Positions 10,272-20,651 are shown, counted from the first letter of the stretch. The stretch: DNA of 64,000 nt from Gemmatimonadota bacterium (GCA_039588275.1 JBDHAC010000027.1:32070-96069), one strand, 5' to 3'. Numbers and translations are program-made. Notes: a model not told the origin generated them from the letters alone.

Positions 10272-11135
10272 ATGTTCTTCGATTCTCGTGCTCTTGACTC
10301 GTTCGATCAGTACCTCCAGGACGTCGAACGATATCCTCTGATCAGCGATCCGAAGGAGGAACGTCGCATCGCCCGCCGCGCGCGGGCCGGTGACCGTCAG
10401 GCCGCCGAGCGCCTGGTCACCGCGAATCTCCGCTTCGTGATCTCGTATGTGAAGAAATATCAGGGTCGGGGTCTGAATCTCGCCGAGCTCGTGTGCATCG
10501 GTAACGAGGGCCTGCTCAAGGCCGTCAAGAAGTTCGACCCTGACAAAGGCGTCAAGTTCATCTCGTACGCGGTGTGGTGGATTCGGCAGACGGTCCTTCA
10601 GGCCCTCGCCGAGCAGACCAGATCCGTCCGCATTCCGCTCAACCAGAACTCGAACCTGGTGAAGCTGTCGCGCACCGAGACGGCCCTCACCCAGAAGCTG
10701 GGGCGTTCTCCGACCGATCGAGAGATCGCCGAGGAGATGGAGGAGCCGGTCGAGACGGTTCGCGCCCTGCGCCGTGTCGCGTCGGCGGAGCTCAGCCTCG
10801 ACGCCCCGCTGGACAAGTCCGATCGCGATAGCGCTTCGTTCGGGGAGCGTTTCGCGGGTATGGACGATGCGGACATCGAGGAGGACGTGGAGGGCCAGGC
10901 CCGGCGCGAGTTCCTCGAGCGGATGTTCGAGCGCTATCTCACGGAGCGTGAGCGGAAGATCCTCGTCCTGTACTACGGCCTCGATGACGGCGAGGAGATG
11001 ACGCTGGAGGAGATCGGGTCTTTGCTCGGCGTCACTCGTGAGCGGATCCGCCAGATCCGTAACCGTGCGTTCGACAAGCTGCGCGCGTCAGGGGACGGAA
11101 CCGCCCTCGAGGGTTTCTGGCGCGCGACGGCGTGA
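10272..11135 (+). CDS. RNA polymerase sigma-70 factor, short RpoD/SigA type lacking region 1.1
   Basis: ANLRFVIS, KFISYAVWWIRQ, SLDAPL, TLEEIG, TRERIRQI; GGAGG RBS. Confidence 0.93.
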   Translation: MFFDSRALDSFDQYLQDVERYPLISDPKEERRIARRARAGDRQAAERLVTANLRFVISYVKKYQGRGLNLAELVCIGNEGLLKAVKKFDPDKGVKFISYAVWWIRQTVLQALAEQTRSVRIPLNQNSNLVKLSRTETALTQKLGRSPTDREIAEEMEEPVETVRALRRVASAELSLDAPLDKSDRDSASFGERFAGMDDADIEEDVEGQARREFLERMFERYLTERERKILVLYYGLDDGEEMTLEEIGSLLGVTRERIRQIRNRAFDKLRASGDGTALEGFWRATA

Positions 11136-11561
11136 AAGCAGGTCGCCCCACGGGAGCGCGCACAGAAAGATCAGGACGGTGAGGATCGCGCTGGCCACGC
11201 ACCAGCGACAGAACGCCCGCAGCACGAACGCCTCGATCGCCGTCAGGTAGAATGAAAAGGCCAGGCCGCCCGCTGCCAGGATGAGCAGCGCGCGACCTGG
11301 CCATTTCGCATCCGCGAAGCGTCCCTGTACGGAGAGCATCGCGGTGACGAACACCGCCGCGTACCAGGCTACCCCCCAACCCGAGACCGGTAACCCGAGA
11401 AAGCGGGCGTACTCGGACGCCTGCACATAGTCGCAGCTCCCGCCCGCCCCGCATACGAGCTCGTTGTAGGCGCCCAGCGCGTACAGGAGCAGGTAGACCG
11501 ACATGAACAGCCCGGCGAGCGCCACGAGGGCGGCCGCCATCCTGCAAGTCGTTCTACTCAT
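11088..11561 (-). CDS. Vitamin K epoxide reductase (VKOR) family protein
   Basis: Loop cysteines VCGAGGSCDYVQASEY, active site FCRWC, four TM; adjacent to DsbA. Confidence 0.9.
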   Translation of the reverse strand: MSRTTCRMAAALVALAGLFMSVYLLLYALGAYNELVCGAGGSCDYVQASEYARFLGLPVSGWGVAWYAAVFVTAMLSVQGRFADAKWPGRALLILAAGGLAFSFYLTAIEAFVLRAFCRWCVASAILTVLIFLCALPWGDLLSRRRAPETLEGGSVP

Positions 11562-11577
11562 GAGCGGGGCGGAGGGC

Positions 11578-12345
11578 TCACGAGCCGGGCTCGCTCTCGC
11601 CGACTGCCTCTGAGTCGCCTTCGGGCGCGCTCTCAGCCTCGGTCACCGCTTCCTGGATGAGGCCCTCGATGGCCGTGTAGTCAAACTCGGTCGGTTCGAG
11701 ACGGCGGCCGTTCAGGAAGATCGTCGGCGTGCTGCTCACGCCCATCTGATCCCCGTACTTCCGGACGGCCATAACGCGGTCCAGGTGGCGCTGCTCGCTC
11801 AGGCAGCGTCCGAACTCGCCCCCGTCGAGGGCCAGGTCATCCGCGATCTCGCGGAAGCGCCCGTTCGGATCTCGGTCCGTCGCCCACCGTGTTTGCCTTG
11901 CCAGCAGTAGGTCGTGCATCTGCCAATAGAGGCCCTGGTCTCCCGCGCAACGCGCCGCGATCGAGGCGGCGATGGAGTTGGGAAACGTGCCGAGCACGTA
12001 GTCGTAATGGATCCATTGGACGGGTCCGGCGTCCGCCACGTAGTTCTGGCGGATCAGGCGGCCCGTAAAGGACGCGAATCGCGCGCAGGCGGGACACGAA
12101 TAGTCCGCGAACTCCATGATCGTCACGGGCGCGTCGGCCGGCCCGGTCGCCAGGCCCGCCGATGGGTCCGCTTCGACATCGATCGGGATCTCCGGCAGCG
12201 GCTCGGCCGTCGACTGTGAGCCCCCGCCGCTTGCCGCGATCAGCCACGCGATGCCCCCTGCGGCCACCAGCGCCAGCAGCATGTAGAACGTGCGGCTTTG
12301 GCCGCGTTCCCCGCTCCGAGGTGGGGTCAGTTTCCGCTGATTCAA
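11578..12345 (-). CDS. Membrane-anchored DsbA-family thiol:disulfide oxidoreductase
   Basis: EFADYSCPAC, cis-Pro loop GVSSTPTIFLNG, N-terminal TM. Confidence 0.9.
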   Translation of the reverse strand: MNQRKLTPPRSGERGQSRTFYMLLALVAAGGIAWLIAASGGGSQSTAEPLPEIPIDVEADPSAGLATGPADAPVTIMEFADYSCPACARFASFTGRLIRQNYVADAGPVQWIHYDYVLGTFPNSIAASIAARCAGDQGLYWQMHDLLLARQTRWATDRDPNGRFREIADDLALDGGEFGRCLSEQRHLDRVMAVRKYGDQMGVSSTPTIFLNGRRLEPTEFDYTAIEGLIQEAVTEAESAPEGDSEAVGESEPGS

Positions 12346-12385
12346 GCGTCCCTCCCGTTTTGGTTCTCTTTGCCCGCCGGTTTAG

Positions 12386-13861
12386 CTACATCAGTAGCAG
12401 AACCGCCGTCGCGACCACGGCGAACGCCGCGATCGCCATCAGGACGAGCACCGTCCTCTCCTTCATGCGGCGCTTCGGCAACAAGGCGACCCGCACCATG
12501 CGCGGCAGCAACGCCGAGCTCCACAGATCCGCGATCTCGTCGATCAGCTCGCGCCAGGTCGCTCCGTACACCCGGTCGAGCTTCACGATCTCCGATCTCC
12601 ATTGAGCCGCGGCCTCTTCGACTTGCCCTTCCTCCGTGCCGGGGGGACCTTGCTCCAGCGCGTGCAACCGCTGCATGAGCAGGTGCTCCCGGGCCAGAAC
12701 CCGCGTCAGGCTGGGCTCCAACCGTTCGGTGAATTCCCGCAGCTTCCTACCCAGCTCGCGCCGCTCTGTGTCCATCGACCGGAATCTACGCGCGAGCTCT
12801 TCCTCGGGCCGCTTTTCGGACAGGAGTCGATTCAACTCGTACTCGTACACCGTGAACAGCCGGTCCGCCGCGGTCTTGAGCGCGGCCTGCGTGTCCTCGC
12901 GAAGCTGCTCCGCTTCCATCGCCTCGACGGCCCTCGCGAGACTGTCAGCGGCGTACGCCGCCGATTTCCTCAGCATCAGAGGACCGAGCGCGATCTCGCC
13001 GAGCTCCTGGAAGTGACGCTCGAAGAACTCGGGCCTGAAACCGACCTTCAGCTCCGGCTCGACGTGTATCCTCTCCGCTCCTTCTTTACAGGCCTCGCGC
13101 ATCGTCTCCACCGAGATCTCGAACACGGGGAGGCGCGCGGGCAGCGGTGGTGCCACCTCGCCGCGGGCGAACATCTCGATCGCGAGGTCCGCGTCCGCGG
13201 GGCTCTTGGGCGGCGACTTGGCGACCCGGGCAACGGCCTGGATCTCCTCGGGGAACAGGTAGCGGAGCTTCAGTGAGATCTCTTCATCCTCGAGCGCGAG
13301 CCCTCCCCAGCCGACCTCGGGCCCGCTGGAGTCCAGCTCCTCCACCGAGGCCACCGGCCAGGTGACCGAATGCCGCCGCTCTCGAGCGATCAGGTGAAGG
13401 CCGCGCTGGGTGAAGACCGCGAGGTGGAGACCGCCGAGGCGTGTGCCTTCCACGGTTCCGCTCACGGCCGTCCCGGCGGTGCACACCACGACCTCGCGCG
13501 CGAGTGGCTGAAGCAGGAGCCGCTGCGCGCCTCGATCGCTCCCGCGCTCCACTGCGCGCGCGACATCTTCCAGATCGCTGCTCTTCCCGAGCAAGGCCAC
13601 GGTGTCATCGCGACCGAACACGAGCACAAGACCGGCGCGTCTCGAGACCCAAAACACGGATTCGAGGGGGATCTCACGATCTTCGAGCTTGAGGGTCGAC
13701 CGAGTCAGTTGGACCCGCGCATCACGACGCACCGGACTTCCATCGATCAGGACGTCCAGTGCGTACGCGCGGGAATCCGACGTCCCGGATCCGCCCCCTG
13801 CTTCCTCCAAGGTGATTCGCCCTCCCGGCTTCACGCCTGCTTCGCGCGCTTTCCCGTCCAT
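12386..13861 (-). CDS. Hypothetical protein with C-terminal TM anchor
   Basis: Long ORF filling the gap, beta-rich N-half, helical C-half, terminal hydrophobic helix; start uncertain. Confidence 0.7.
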   Translation of the reverse strand: MDGKAREAGVKPGGRITLEEAGGGSGTSDSRAYALDVLIDGSPVRRDARVQLTRSTLKLEDREIPLESVFWVSRRAGLVLVFGRDDTVALLGKSSDLEDVARAVERGSDRGAQRLLLQPLAREVVVCTAGTAVSGTVEGTRLGGLHLAVFTQRGLHLIARERRHSVTWPVASVEELDSSGPEVGWGGLALEDEEISLKLRYLFPEEIQAVARVAKSPPKSPADADLAIEMFARGEVAPPLPARLPVFEISVETMREACKEGAERIHVEPELKVGFRPEFFERHFQELGEIALGPLMLRKSAAYAADSLARAVEAMEAEQLREDTQAALKTAADRLFTVYEYELNRLLSEKRPEEELARRFRSMDTERRELGRKLREFTERLEPSLTRVLAREHLLMQRLHALEQGPPGTEEGQVEEAAAQWRSEIVKLDRVYGATWRELIDEIADLWSSALLPRMVRVALLPKRRMKERTVLVLMAIAAFAVVATAVLLLM

Positions 13862-13958
13862 CACTCGTGGCCTACGACACCTCGCCAAGCTTGAATCTCG
13901 CGCACGGCGGCCCCGTCCGCGACATGCATCCGAGTGTCGTCCGAGTCCGTGTCGCGGA

Positions 13959-14654
13959 TCAGGCCGCCTCGATCAGCTCGACGACGGCAGCGACATCGTC
14001 GAGCCCCGGGACCACCCAGTCCGCCCCATGTGCCTCGAGCTCCTCCACCGAGAAGCGTCCGGTCGCCACGGCGAGGATTCGCGCTCCCCCCGTGCGGGCG
14101 CACCGAACATCCTCCGGCGTGTCGCCGATCAGGATCATCTCTTCGCTCGTGAACGCGATCCCGGTGGTGGCTCGCGCCCGGCGCAACGCTATGGGGGGCA
14201 GGTCCACGCGTCGCTCGGCGTCCGAACCGAACGCCCCGAAGCCGAAGCAGCCGTCCAGACCGCAGGAGCGCAGCTTCATCCATGCTCCACGCTCGACGTT
14301 GCCGGTGAGCAGCCCGAGCCGAAAGCGGGGCTCCTCCGCCAGGCGCCCGAGCAGATCGGTCACGCCCGGGAAGACCGCCACGCGGCCCCGCCGTGCCTGC
14401 AGCTCGCCCTCGAGCCGCCAATCGTAGGAGTCCCATAGCGAAGCGAGCCGGGCGTCGATCGCGGGATCCTCGAGCCCCGCCATGTTCAACAGGCTACGCA
14501 CGATGTCGGGGTCCGTGAGGCCGTCGAACGCGAACTCGTCGATCGGACCGGTCGTCTCGTACACCTCCCGCATGGCCCCTTCGAGCGCGGCTCGTCCCGC
14601 GCCGGCGGCGTCCAGCAGCGTCCCGTCCACGTCGAACAGCAGCAACCGATTCAC
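13959..14654 (-). CDS. HAD-superfamily hydrolase (phosphoglycolate phosphatase-like)
   Basis: LFDVDGTL, LLTGN, IGDTPED motifs. Confidence 0.9.
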   Translation of the reverse strand: MNRLLLFDVDGTLLDAAGAGRAALEGAMREVYETTGPIDEFAFDGLTDPDIVRSLLNMAGLEDPAIDARLASLWDSYDWRLEGELQARRGRVAVFPGVTDLLGRLAEEPRFRLGLLTGNVERGAWMKLRSCGLDGCFGFGAFGSDAERRVDLPPIALRRARATTGIAFTSEEMILIGDTPEDVRCARTGGARILAVATGRFSVEELEAHGADWVVPGLDDVAAVVELIEAA

Positions 14655-14656
14655 GA

Positions 14657-14958
14657 GAAGACTGGTGAAGGAGTACGGTGGACCGCGTTACGGACGCCAC
14701 GGTCCCAGATCCAAGGCGAACCGGTGAAGGCATAGCCGTAGCTACGTCGAGCCGGTTCAACGACGGAGGTGGGGCCGTGCCGCCGTAACCCGCCAGCACG
14801 CATGACCATGTCAGCCCACTTGAAGGGCGCAGGGGGGTCGCGCGGTTGATCCATCGTCTCTCCTCCTCGCCGTAGCGCTGCTACGCCTCGTCCTCGTTCC
14901 TTGCCTGAACCACGCGAGACCCCTGCGCGCGGCCCGCCGTACTCCTTCACCAGCCTTC
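14657..14958. mobile_element. MITE-like non-autonomous element (~300 bp)
   Basis: 31-bp terminal inverted repeats with 3 mismatches (14657-14687 / 14928-14958); direct repeat TTCACGAG at 14650-14657 and 14956-14963; no transposase. Confidence 0.8.
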
Positions 14959-15898
14959 ACGAGCCGCCTTCCAGCCCGACCGCGCGCGCGATCGCGGCTT
15001 CGAGAGCCTTCTCAGCCCGTAGGGCCAGCGACGTGAGACCGAGATCGTCCTCCGGCCGCGGTCGTGTCGCGGTCGACAGCGCGAACACGATGTCCCCGTC
15101 GAACAGCGTCCCGGCAGGCGAGATGCGGCGCGAGAGCGCCGCAGCCGCGTGGCGGGCCACGATCTTGAGCTCGCGCTTCGTAAGCTCGGCATCGGTCGCC
15201 ACGACACCGAGCGTCGTGTTCTCGACCGCCTCCGGTGCACGGAAACCCGCGTTCCCCTCTCCGCGCCGGAGCCTCATGGCCGTATCCACGAAGCTTCCGT
15301 CGGCGGCGCGGGCCCCCGCCACGATCTCCCCCCGCTCGTCCAGCACATCGCCGAACGCGTTCACGACGGCCAACGCGGCGACGGTAGGTTCGCCGACGTC
15401 CGCCCAGCTACCGAGCCCGGCGCCCTGCGCTCCTTCAGCACCTCGCAGCTTGCCGACCGTGGCGCCCGCACCGACGCCGTGCCGCCCTTCGCGGACCGGG
15501 TCTTCGGACGCCGCGGACGCCGCCTGGTATCCCATGGACGCATCGGGCCGCACGTCGGGGCGTCCCACGCCGAGGTCGTAGATCACCGCGGCCGGGACGA
15601 TCGGTACAGTCGCGGCGCGAGTCCGGAACCCCTGGTCTCGCTCCTCCAGCCAGCGCATGACGCCGTCCGCCGCCCCCAGACCGAACGCCGATCCGCCCGT
15701 CAACAACAGACCGTCGCAACGGGGCACGAGGTGCAACGGCGACAGTGCGTCCAGCTCGCGGCTACCGGTCGCGAACCCGTGGACCTCGACCGCGCCGACG
15801 AACGGACCCAGCACCACCGTGCAGCCGGTGGCTGACTCGGGGTCGTCCGCGTGGCCGACGCGAAGACCGCTCACGGCGGTCAGCGTCAGGTTCTGCAT
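14957..15898 (-). CDS. P1/S58 family peptidase (DmpA-like)
   Basis: VGHA, TGCTV, LTGGSAFGL, VPIVPAAVIYDL, NTTLGVVATD, DGDIVF; start set at ATG 15898. Confidence 0.9.
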   Translation of the reverse strand: MQNLTLTAVSGLRVGHADDPESATGCTVVLGPFVGAVEVHGFATGSRELDALSPLHLVPRCDGLLLTGGSAFGLGAADGVMRWLEERDQGFRTRAATVPIVPAAVIYDLGVGRPDVRPDASMGYQAASAASEDPVREGRHGVGAGATVGKLRGAEGAQGAGLGSWADVGEPTVAALAVVNAFGDVLDERGEIVAGARAADGSFVDTAMRLRRGEGNAGFRAPEAVENTTLGVVATDAELTKRELKIVARHAAAALSRRISPAGTLFDGDIVFALSTATRPRPEDDLGLTSLALRAEKALEAAIARAVGLEGGS

Positions 15899-15905
15899 CC
15901 CATTG

Positions 15906-16922
15906 TCAGGTGGTGAGCCACTCTGCGAACAGTGCCGGTTCGATGTTGCCGCCCGAGAGCACGGCGATTGTCGGGCCCGTTTCGGCCGGCTGCACGACGC
16001 CTCCGAGGAGGGCGGCAATCGTGGCTGCGCCGCTCGGCTCCACCACGAGCCGCTGACGGAAGAGCCACACGACCGCCTGGCGGATTTGCGCATCGGTCAC
16101 GGTCACGACGCGCTCGACGAGATCGCTGCAATGGGCGTAGGTGAGGTCGCCCGGCCGGACGGGCTTCAGCCCGTCGGCGATGGTCTCGACCCGCTCGAGC
16201 GTGACCGGGCCGCCCGCCTCGAGCGAACGCTTCATCGAGGGCGCTCCCTCGGGCTCGATGCCTATGACGCGGGTGCTGGCCCCCAACTCCCGCATCACGA
16301 CCGAGACGCCCGAGATGAGCCCGCCGCCACCGATGGGAACGAGCACCAACGCGGGCTTCACATCCGCTCCGGACAGGTGGGTGGCAAGCTGCTCCAGGAT
16401 CTCCAAACCGACGGTCCCCTGCCCCGCGATGATGTCGGGGTGGTCGAACGGCGGCACCATCGTACCGCCCCGCTCGCGCTGGATCTCCTCCGCCCGCTCG
16501 CGCCGTTCCGAGGAGGTCGTCCCGACCTGCTCCACCTCCGCGCCCAGCCGACGGGTTCCGTCGAGCTTCACGCGCGGAGCGTCGACGGGCATCACGATGG
16601 TGGCCCGGGTCCCGAACGCACGGGCCGCGAAGGCGACGGCCTGCGCGTGGTTGCCCGATGAGTACGTGATGAGACCCACGTCCCGCGCCTCATCCGTGAG
16701 CCTGCTGACGAAATGGTAAGCGCCGCGGGCCTTGAACGCGGAGACGTGCTGCAGGTTTTCGCACTTCAGCCAGATCCGGTCCGTGGCGATCGAGTCGGAC
16801 CGATCCGCGGAGGGCACCGCAACCGGAAGCAGAGGCGTGCGGCGAACGGTCCCGGCAATCCTCCCCGCGGCGGCCTGTACGGCCGTTGCCGAGACGAGCT
16901 CGAACTGCGCGCCGACGCTCAC
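15906..16922 (-). CDS. PLP-dependent threonine/serine dehydratase
   Basis: KCENLQ..AFKARGA, SSGNHAQ, PIGGGGL, VEPSGA, SGGN; start set at GTG 16922. Confidence 0.9.
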   Translation of the reverse strand: MSVGAQFELVSATAVQAAAGRIAGTVRRTPLLPVAVPSADRSDSIATDRIWLKCENLQHVSAFKARGAYHFVSRLTDEARDVGLITYSSGNHAQAVAFAARAFGTRATIVMPVDAPRVKLDGTRRLGAEVEQVGTTSSERRERAEEIQRERGGTMVPPFDHPDIIAGQGTVGLEILEQLATHLSGADVKPALVLVPIGGGGLISGVSVVMRELGASTRVIGIEPEGAPSMKRSLEAGGPVTLERVETIADGLKPVRPGDLTYAHCSDLVERVVTVTDAQIRQAVVWLFRQRLVVEPSGAATIAALLGGVVQPAETGPTIAVLSGGNIEPALFAEWLTT

Positions 16923-16932
16923 CCGGGAGTCC

Positions 16933-19431
16933 TCAATCCACCTCCCCGGTCGCGGACTCCGCCCCGATGCCCTCGGGATCTTCACCATCGGGCACCATCT
17001 CCCCGCCGTTGATCACCCGAGCCACGTCGACCAGCTCATCACCCTCGTCCAGGTTGATGAGGCGAACGCCCTGAGTGTTCCGACCGATCACCCGAATCTC
17101 CCGGGTGGGCTGACGGTTGATGACGCCGTTTCGCGTCACGAGCATCAGCTCGTCTTCGTCGGTGACCTCCTTGACCGCGACCACGCGACCGGTCTTCTCG
17201 ACCGTTTTGATGTTGATCAGCCCCTGCCCGCCGCGTCGCTGGGAGCGGTAGTCGTCGATCTTGCTTCGTTTCCCCATCCCCCGATCTGTGACCGTGAGGA
17301 GCGTCGCATCCCGCTGGACGACGACCATTCCGATCACCTCGTCGCCTGCCACGAGCTTGATGCCGCGGACCCCCTGCGTGGCGCGACCCATCTGGCGGAC
17401 GTCTTCCTCATCGAAGCGAATCGCCTTCCCACCCCGAGTGCCGAGGAATACGGTGTTCGACCCGTCGGTGAGCTGGACATCGATGAGGCGGTCACCCTCC
17501 ACGACGTTGATCGCGATGATCCCCGTAGAACGGACGTTCGCGTATTCGGCCAGGCTCGTCTTCTTCACGAGCCCGTTGCGCGTGGCGAAGATGAGGTGCC
17601 GGTCTTCGCTGAACTCGCGTACGCGCACGATCGACGCGATTTCCTCGTCCTTGTCGATCCTGAGCAGGTTCACGATCGGCTTGCCACGCGCGGTACGGCC
17701 CGCTGGCGGGATCTGATGCACCTTGAGCCAGTAGCACTGCCCCGACACCGTGAAGATCATCAGGTAATCGTGCGTCGAGGCGAGGAACACGCCCTCGACC
17801 CAGTCTTCCTCCTTCGTGCTCATGCCCGCGATCCCCCTCCCACCGCGCCGCTGTTGTCGATACACGTCGGGGGGCACGCGCTTCACGTATCCGACATGGC
17901 TCACCGTGATCACCATGTCCTCTTCGGCGATCAAGTCCTCCTCGGTGAAGTCGGCGGCGAAGCCGAGGATCTCGGTGCGCCGGTCGTCTCCGTATTTCTC
18001 CGCCAGATCGCGGAGCTCGTCGCGCACGATCGTCATGCGCCGTTTGCGCGAGCGGAGGATCGCCTTCAGCTCGGTGACCCTGGCGCGCACCTCTTCCAGC
18101 TCGGCCTCCAGCTCCTCGATCGCCAGACCGGTCAGTCGGGCCAGACGCATGTTGAGGATCGCCTCGGTCTGCCGCTCGCTCAGCTTGAACCGCTTCCGCA
18201 GCTGCTTCTCGGCCGCGTCCCGGTCACGAGCCTTACGGATGATCTGGATGACCTCGTCGATGTTGTCGACCGCGATCTCGAGCCCCTCCAGCACGTGCTC
18301 GCGGTCTTCAGCGGCGGTCAGCTCGAACTTGCTGCGGCGCTCTACTACCTCGTGTCGGTGCTCGAGGAAGTGTTCCAGCATCTCCCGGAGCGGCATCACC
18401 CTGGGGACCCCGCCCACGAGGGCCAGCATGATGACCCCGAAGGTCGACTGCATCTGGGTGTGCTTGTAGAGCTGGTTCAGGACGATCTGCGGGATGGCAT
18501 CGCGCTTCAGCTCGATCACGAGGCGGATCCCGTCGCGGTCCGATTCGTCACGCAGGTCCGAGATGTCCTCGATCCGCTTGTCACGGACGAGCTGCGCGAT
18601 CTGCTCGATGAGGCGCGTCTTGTTGACCATGAAGGGGATCTCGGTGACGACGATCTGCTCGCCTCCACGAGCCCGTTCTTCGATATGCGCACGGGCGCGC
18701 ATGGCGATTCGGCCACGCCCTTCTCGGTACGCCTCCAGGACTCCCTGGCGTCCGAAGATGAACCCCCCAGTCGGGAAGTCTGGGCCCTCCACACACTCCA
18801 GGATCTCGTCCAACTCCGCCTTGGGCTTCTCGATCAGGAGCTCACACGCGGCGACGATCTCGCGCAGGTTGTGGGGCGGGATATTGGTGGCCATCCCGAC
18901 CGCGATGCCCGACGACCCATTGACCAGGAGGTTCGGCATGCGCCCCGGGAGGACCGAGGGCTCCTTGAGTCGGTCGTCGAAATTCGGGGTGAAATCGACC
19001 GTCTCCTTGTCGATGTCGGTCAGCATCTCGAGGGCGATCGAGGCGAGGCGTGACTCGGTGTATCGGTACGCCGCCGCGCTGTCCCCGTCGATCGATCCGA
19101 AGTTGCCCTGACCGTCGACGAGGGGGTAACGAAGCGAGAAGTCCTGGACCATGCGGACGAGCGAGTCGTACACCGCGCCGTCGCCGTGCGGGTGGTACTT
19201 GCCCAGCACGTCTCCCACGACCGTCGCGCTCTTCTTGTAAGGGCGGGTCGGCGTGAGTCCGGCCTCATGCATCGCGTACAGGATGCGACGGTGCACGGGC
19301 TTCAGACCGTCGCGGACGTCCGGCAGTGCTCTCTGTACGATGACGCTCATCGAGTAGTCGATGAACGAGTCGCGCATCTCGTCTTCGAGCAGACGCGGCT
19401 GGATGCGGTCTACGGTCTCGGAGGTCTCCAT
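16933..19431 (-). CDS. gyrA: DNA gyrase subunit A
   Basis: [17 protein letters not shown], catalytic RYTE, GyrA-box QRRGGRG, beta-pinwheel repeats; start ATG 19431 after AAGGAG. Confidence 0.97.
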   Translation of the reverse strand: METSETVDRIQPRLLEDEMRDSFIDYSMSVIVQRALPDVRDGLKPVHRRILYAMHEAGLTPTRPYKKSATVVGDVLGKYHPHGDGAVYDSLVRMVQDFSLRYPLVDGQGNFGSIDGDSAAAYRYTESRLASIALEMLTDIDKETVDFTPNFDDRLKEPSVLPGRMPNLLVNGSSGIAVGMATNIPPHNLREIVAACELLIEKPKAELDEILECVEGPDFPTGGFIFGRQGVLEAYREGRGRIAMRARAHIEERARGGEQIVVTEIPFMVNKTRLIEQIAQLVRDKRIEDISDLRDESDRDGIRLVIELKRDAIPQIVLNQLYKHTQMQSTFGVIMLALVGGVPRVMPLREMLEHFLEHRHEVVERRSKFELTAAEDREHVLEGLEIAVDNIDEVIQIIRKARDRDAAEKQLRKRFKLSERQTEAILNMRLARLTGLAIEELEAELEEVRARVTELKAILRSRKRRMTIVRDELRDLAEKYGDDRRTEILGFAADFTEEDLIAEEDMVITVSHVGYVKRVPPDVYRQQRRGGRGIAGMSTKEEDWVEGVFLASTHDYLMIFTVSGQCYWLKVHQIPPAGRTARGKPIVNLLRIDKDEEIASIVRVREFSEDRHLIFATRNGLVKKTSLAEYANVRSTGIIAINVVEGDRLIDVQLTDGSNTVFLGTRGGKAIRFDEEDVRQMGRATQGVRGIKLVAGDEVIGMVVVQRDATLLTVTDRGMGKRSKIDDYRSQRRGGQGLINIKTVEKTGRVVAVKEVTDEDELMLVTRNGVINRQPTREIRVIGRNTQGVRLINLDEGDELVDVARVINGGEMVPDGEDPEGIGAESATGEVD

Positions 19432-19619
19432 GGACTCCTTTCCAGGCTTCGTTCGGCGTTGTCGTTCGGGCGATGAAGAGGATCCCGGGATCCCACGTGA
19501 CGGGCTCCTGAAGGTGCTTCTCGGGCGGGCAGACCCGGCCCTGCTCACATGCGCGCAAGCCCGGGACCTGCCGGGAATAATCTACCGTCCCGGGGGATCG
19601 GACGCGACTCCGAATGTGA

Positions 19620-20651
19620 TCAGGCGACGGCCCTGTATCGCTCCGTCTCACGTAGTCCCATCGCGTCCAACGCGTCCCGGATTTGCGCCCTCGCTCCCGG
19701 TGAGCCAACCGCGACGAGCACGTATGTCGCCGGGGATAACCTGTCCGTCAACTCACCCGGGTCCAGCACGGGCGCACCGTGGATGACCTGGCCGATCTTG
19801 CGCGGATCCAGGTCCACAAAGGCTTCGATCGGGGGCGCTCCCTCCTGCTCCGCGAAACGGCGTGCAAAACCCTTCCCGACGCGACCTGCACCCCAGATCA
19901 CGATCTCGCGCCCCGGTGGCAGAAAAGCACGCACGAGGTAGTGCGCCTTGCAGCGCTGGAAAGCGGACGTGGCGTAGCGCTCGGACGTGACCGAGAGCCG
20001 GCGGGAGTGGACCCTCCAGTCCAACAGCGGGCGGTCTACGTTCGCCAACTGGAGGCCTGCCGCATGCAGACGCAGGACCAGGTCGTAGTCCTCCGGCCAC
20101 TCCACGGCTCGGTAACCTCCTATGGCGTCGAACGCTCCGCGCCTGAGGACGAGCGTCGGGTGCGCGATCGGGCACTCCACGAACAGGTCGCGCGCGACAT
20201 CCGCAGGCTCGGTGAGCCCGTTGAGCCATCGCTCGTACCTGCGGTAGCCGCTCCCGAGCGCCGAGCGGGGGAAGAAGCGGATTCCGGTGCCACAGCCGGC
20301 CAGCCCGGGGCGCGACTCGAGGAGCGCGAGCTGTGCCGCCAACCGCTCCGGGTGAGCCACGTCGTCGGCGTCCATCCTCGCCAGAAAGTGCCCGTGCGCG
20401 ACCTCCACCGCGCGCCGCAGTGCGTCGACGATCCCGAGACCGGCCCCGTCGATGACGCGGACGCGCCCATCCCGCCCGGCCCAGGCGTGCAGGCGAGCCG
20501 GGGTCTCATCGCGAGAGCCGTCCTCCACCGCGAGCAGCTCGAAGCTGGGCTCGGTCTGCGCGAGGAGGCTCTCTACACACGGATCCACGAATTCTTCGGC
20601 GTCCCGACACGGGAGGAGAATCGAGATTCGCGGTGCGGTCGATGAGCTCAC
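19620..20651 (-). CDS. Glycosyltransferase family 2
   Basis: EDGSRD, ARMDADD, EDYDL motifs; C-terminal Rossmann-like WGAGRVG. Confidence 0.88.
   Translation of the reverse strand: MSSSTAPRISILLPCRDAEEFVDPCVESLLAQTEPSFELLAVEDGSRDETPARLHAWAGRDGRVRVIDGAGLGIVDALRRAVEVAHGHFLARMDADDVAHPERLAAQLALLESRPGLAGCGTGIRFFPRSALGSGYRRYERWLNGLTEPADVARDLFVECPIAHPTLVLRRGAFDAIGGYRAVEWPEDYDLVLRLHAAGLQLANVDRPLLDWRVHSRRLSVTSERYATSAFQRCKAHYLVRAFLPPGREIVIWGAGRVGKGFARRFAEQEGAPPIEAFVDLDPRKIGQVIHGAPVLDPGELTDRLSPATYVLVAVGSPGARAQIRDALDAMGLRETERYRAVA

Noticed and set aside
14651..14950. 99-aa ORF MKEYGGPR as a conventional gene or transposase
   Set aside because: Lies wholly within the inverted-repeat element and has no recognisable motif; kept only as a possible coupling frame
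16732..19053. 773-aa plus-strand ORF antisense to gyrA
   Set aside because: Shadow ORF typical of high-GC codon bias; no motifs
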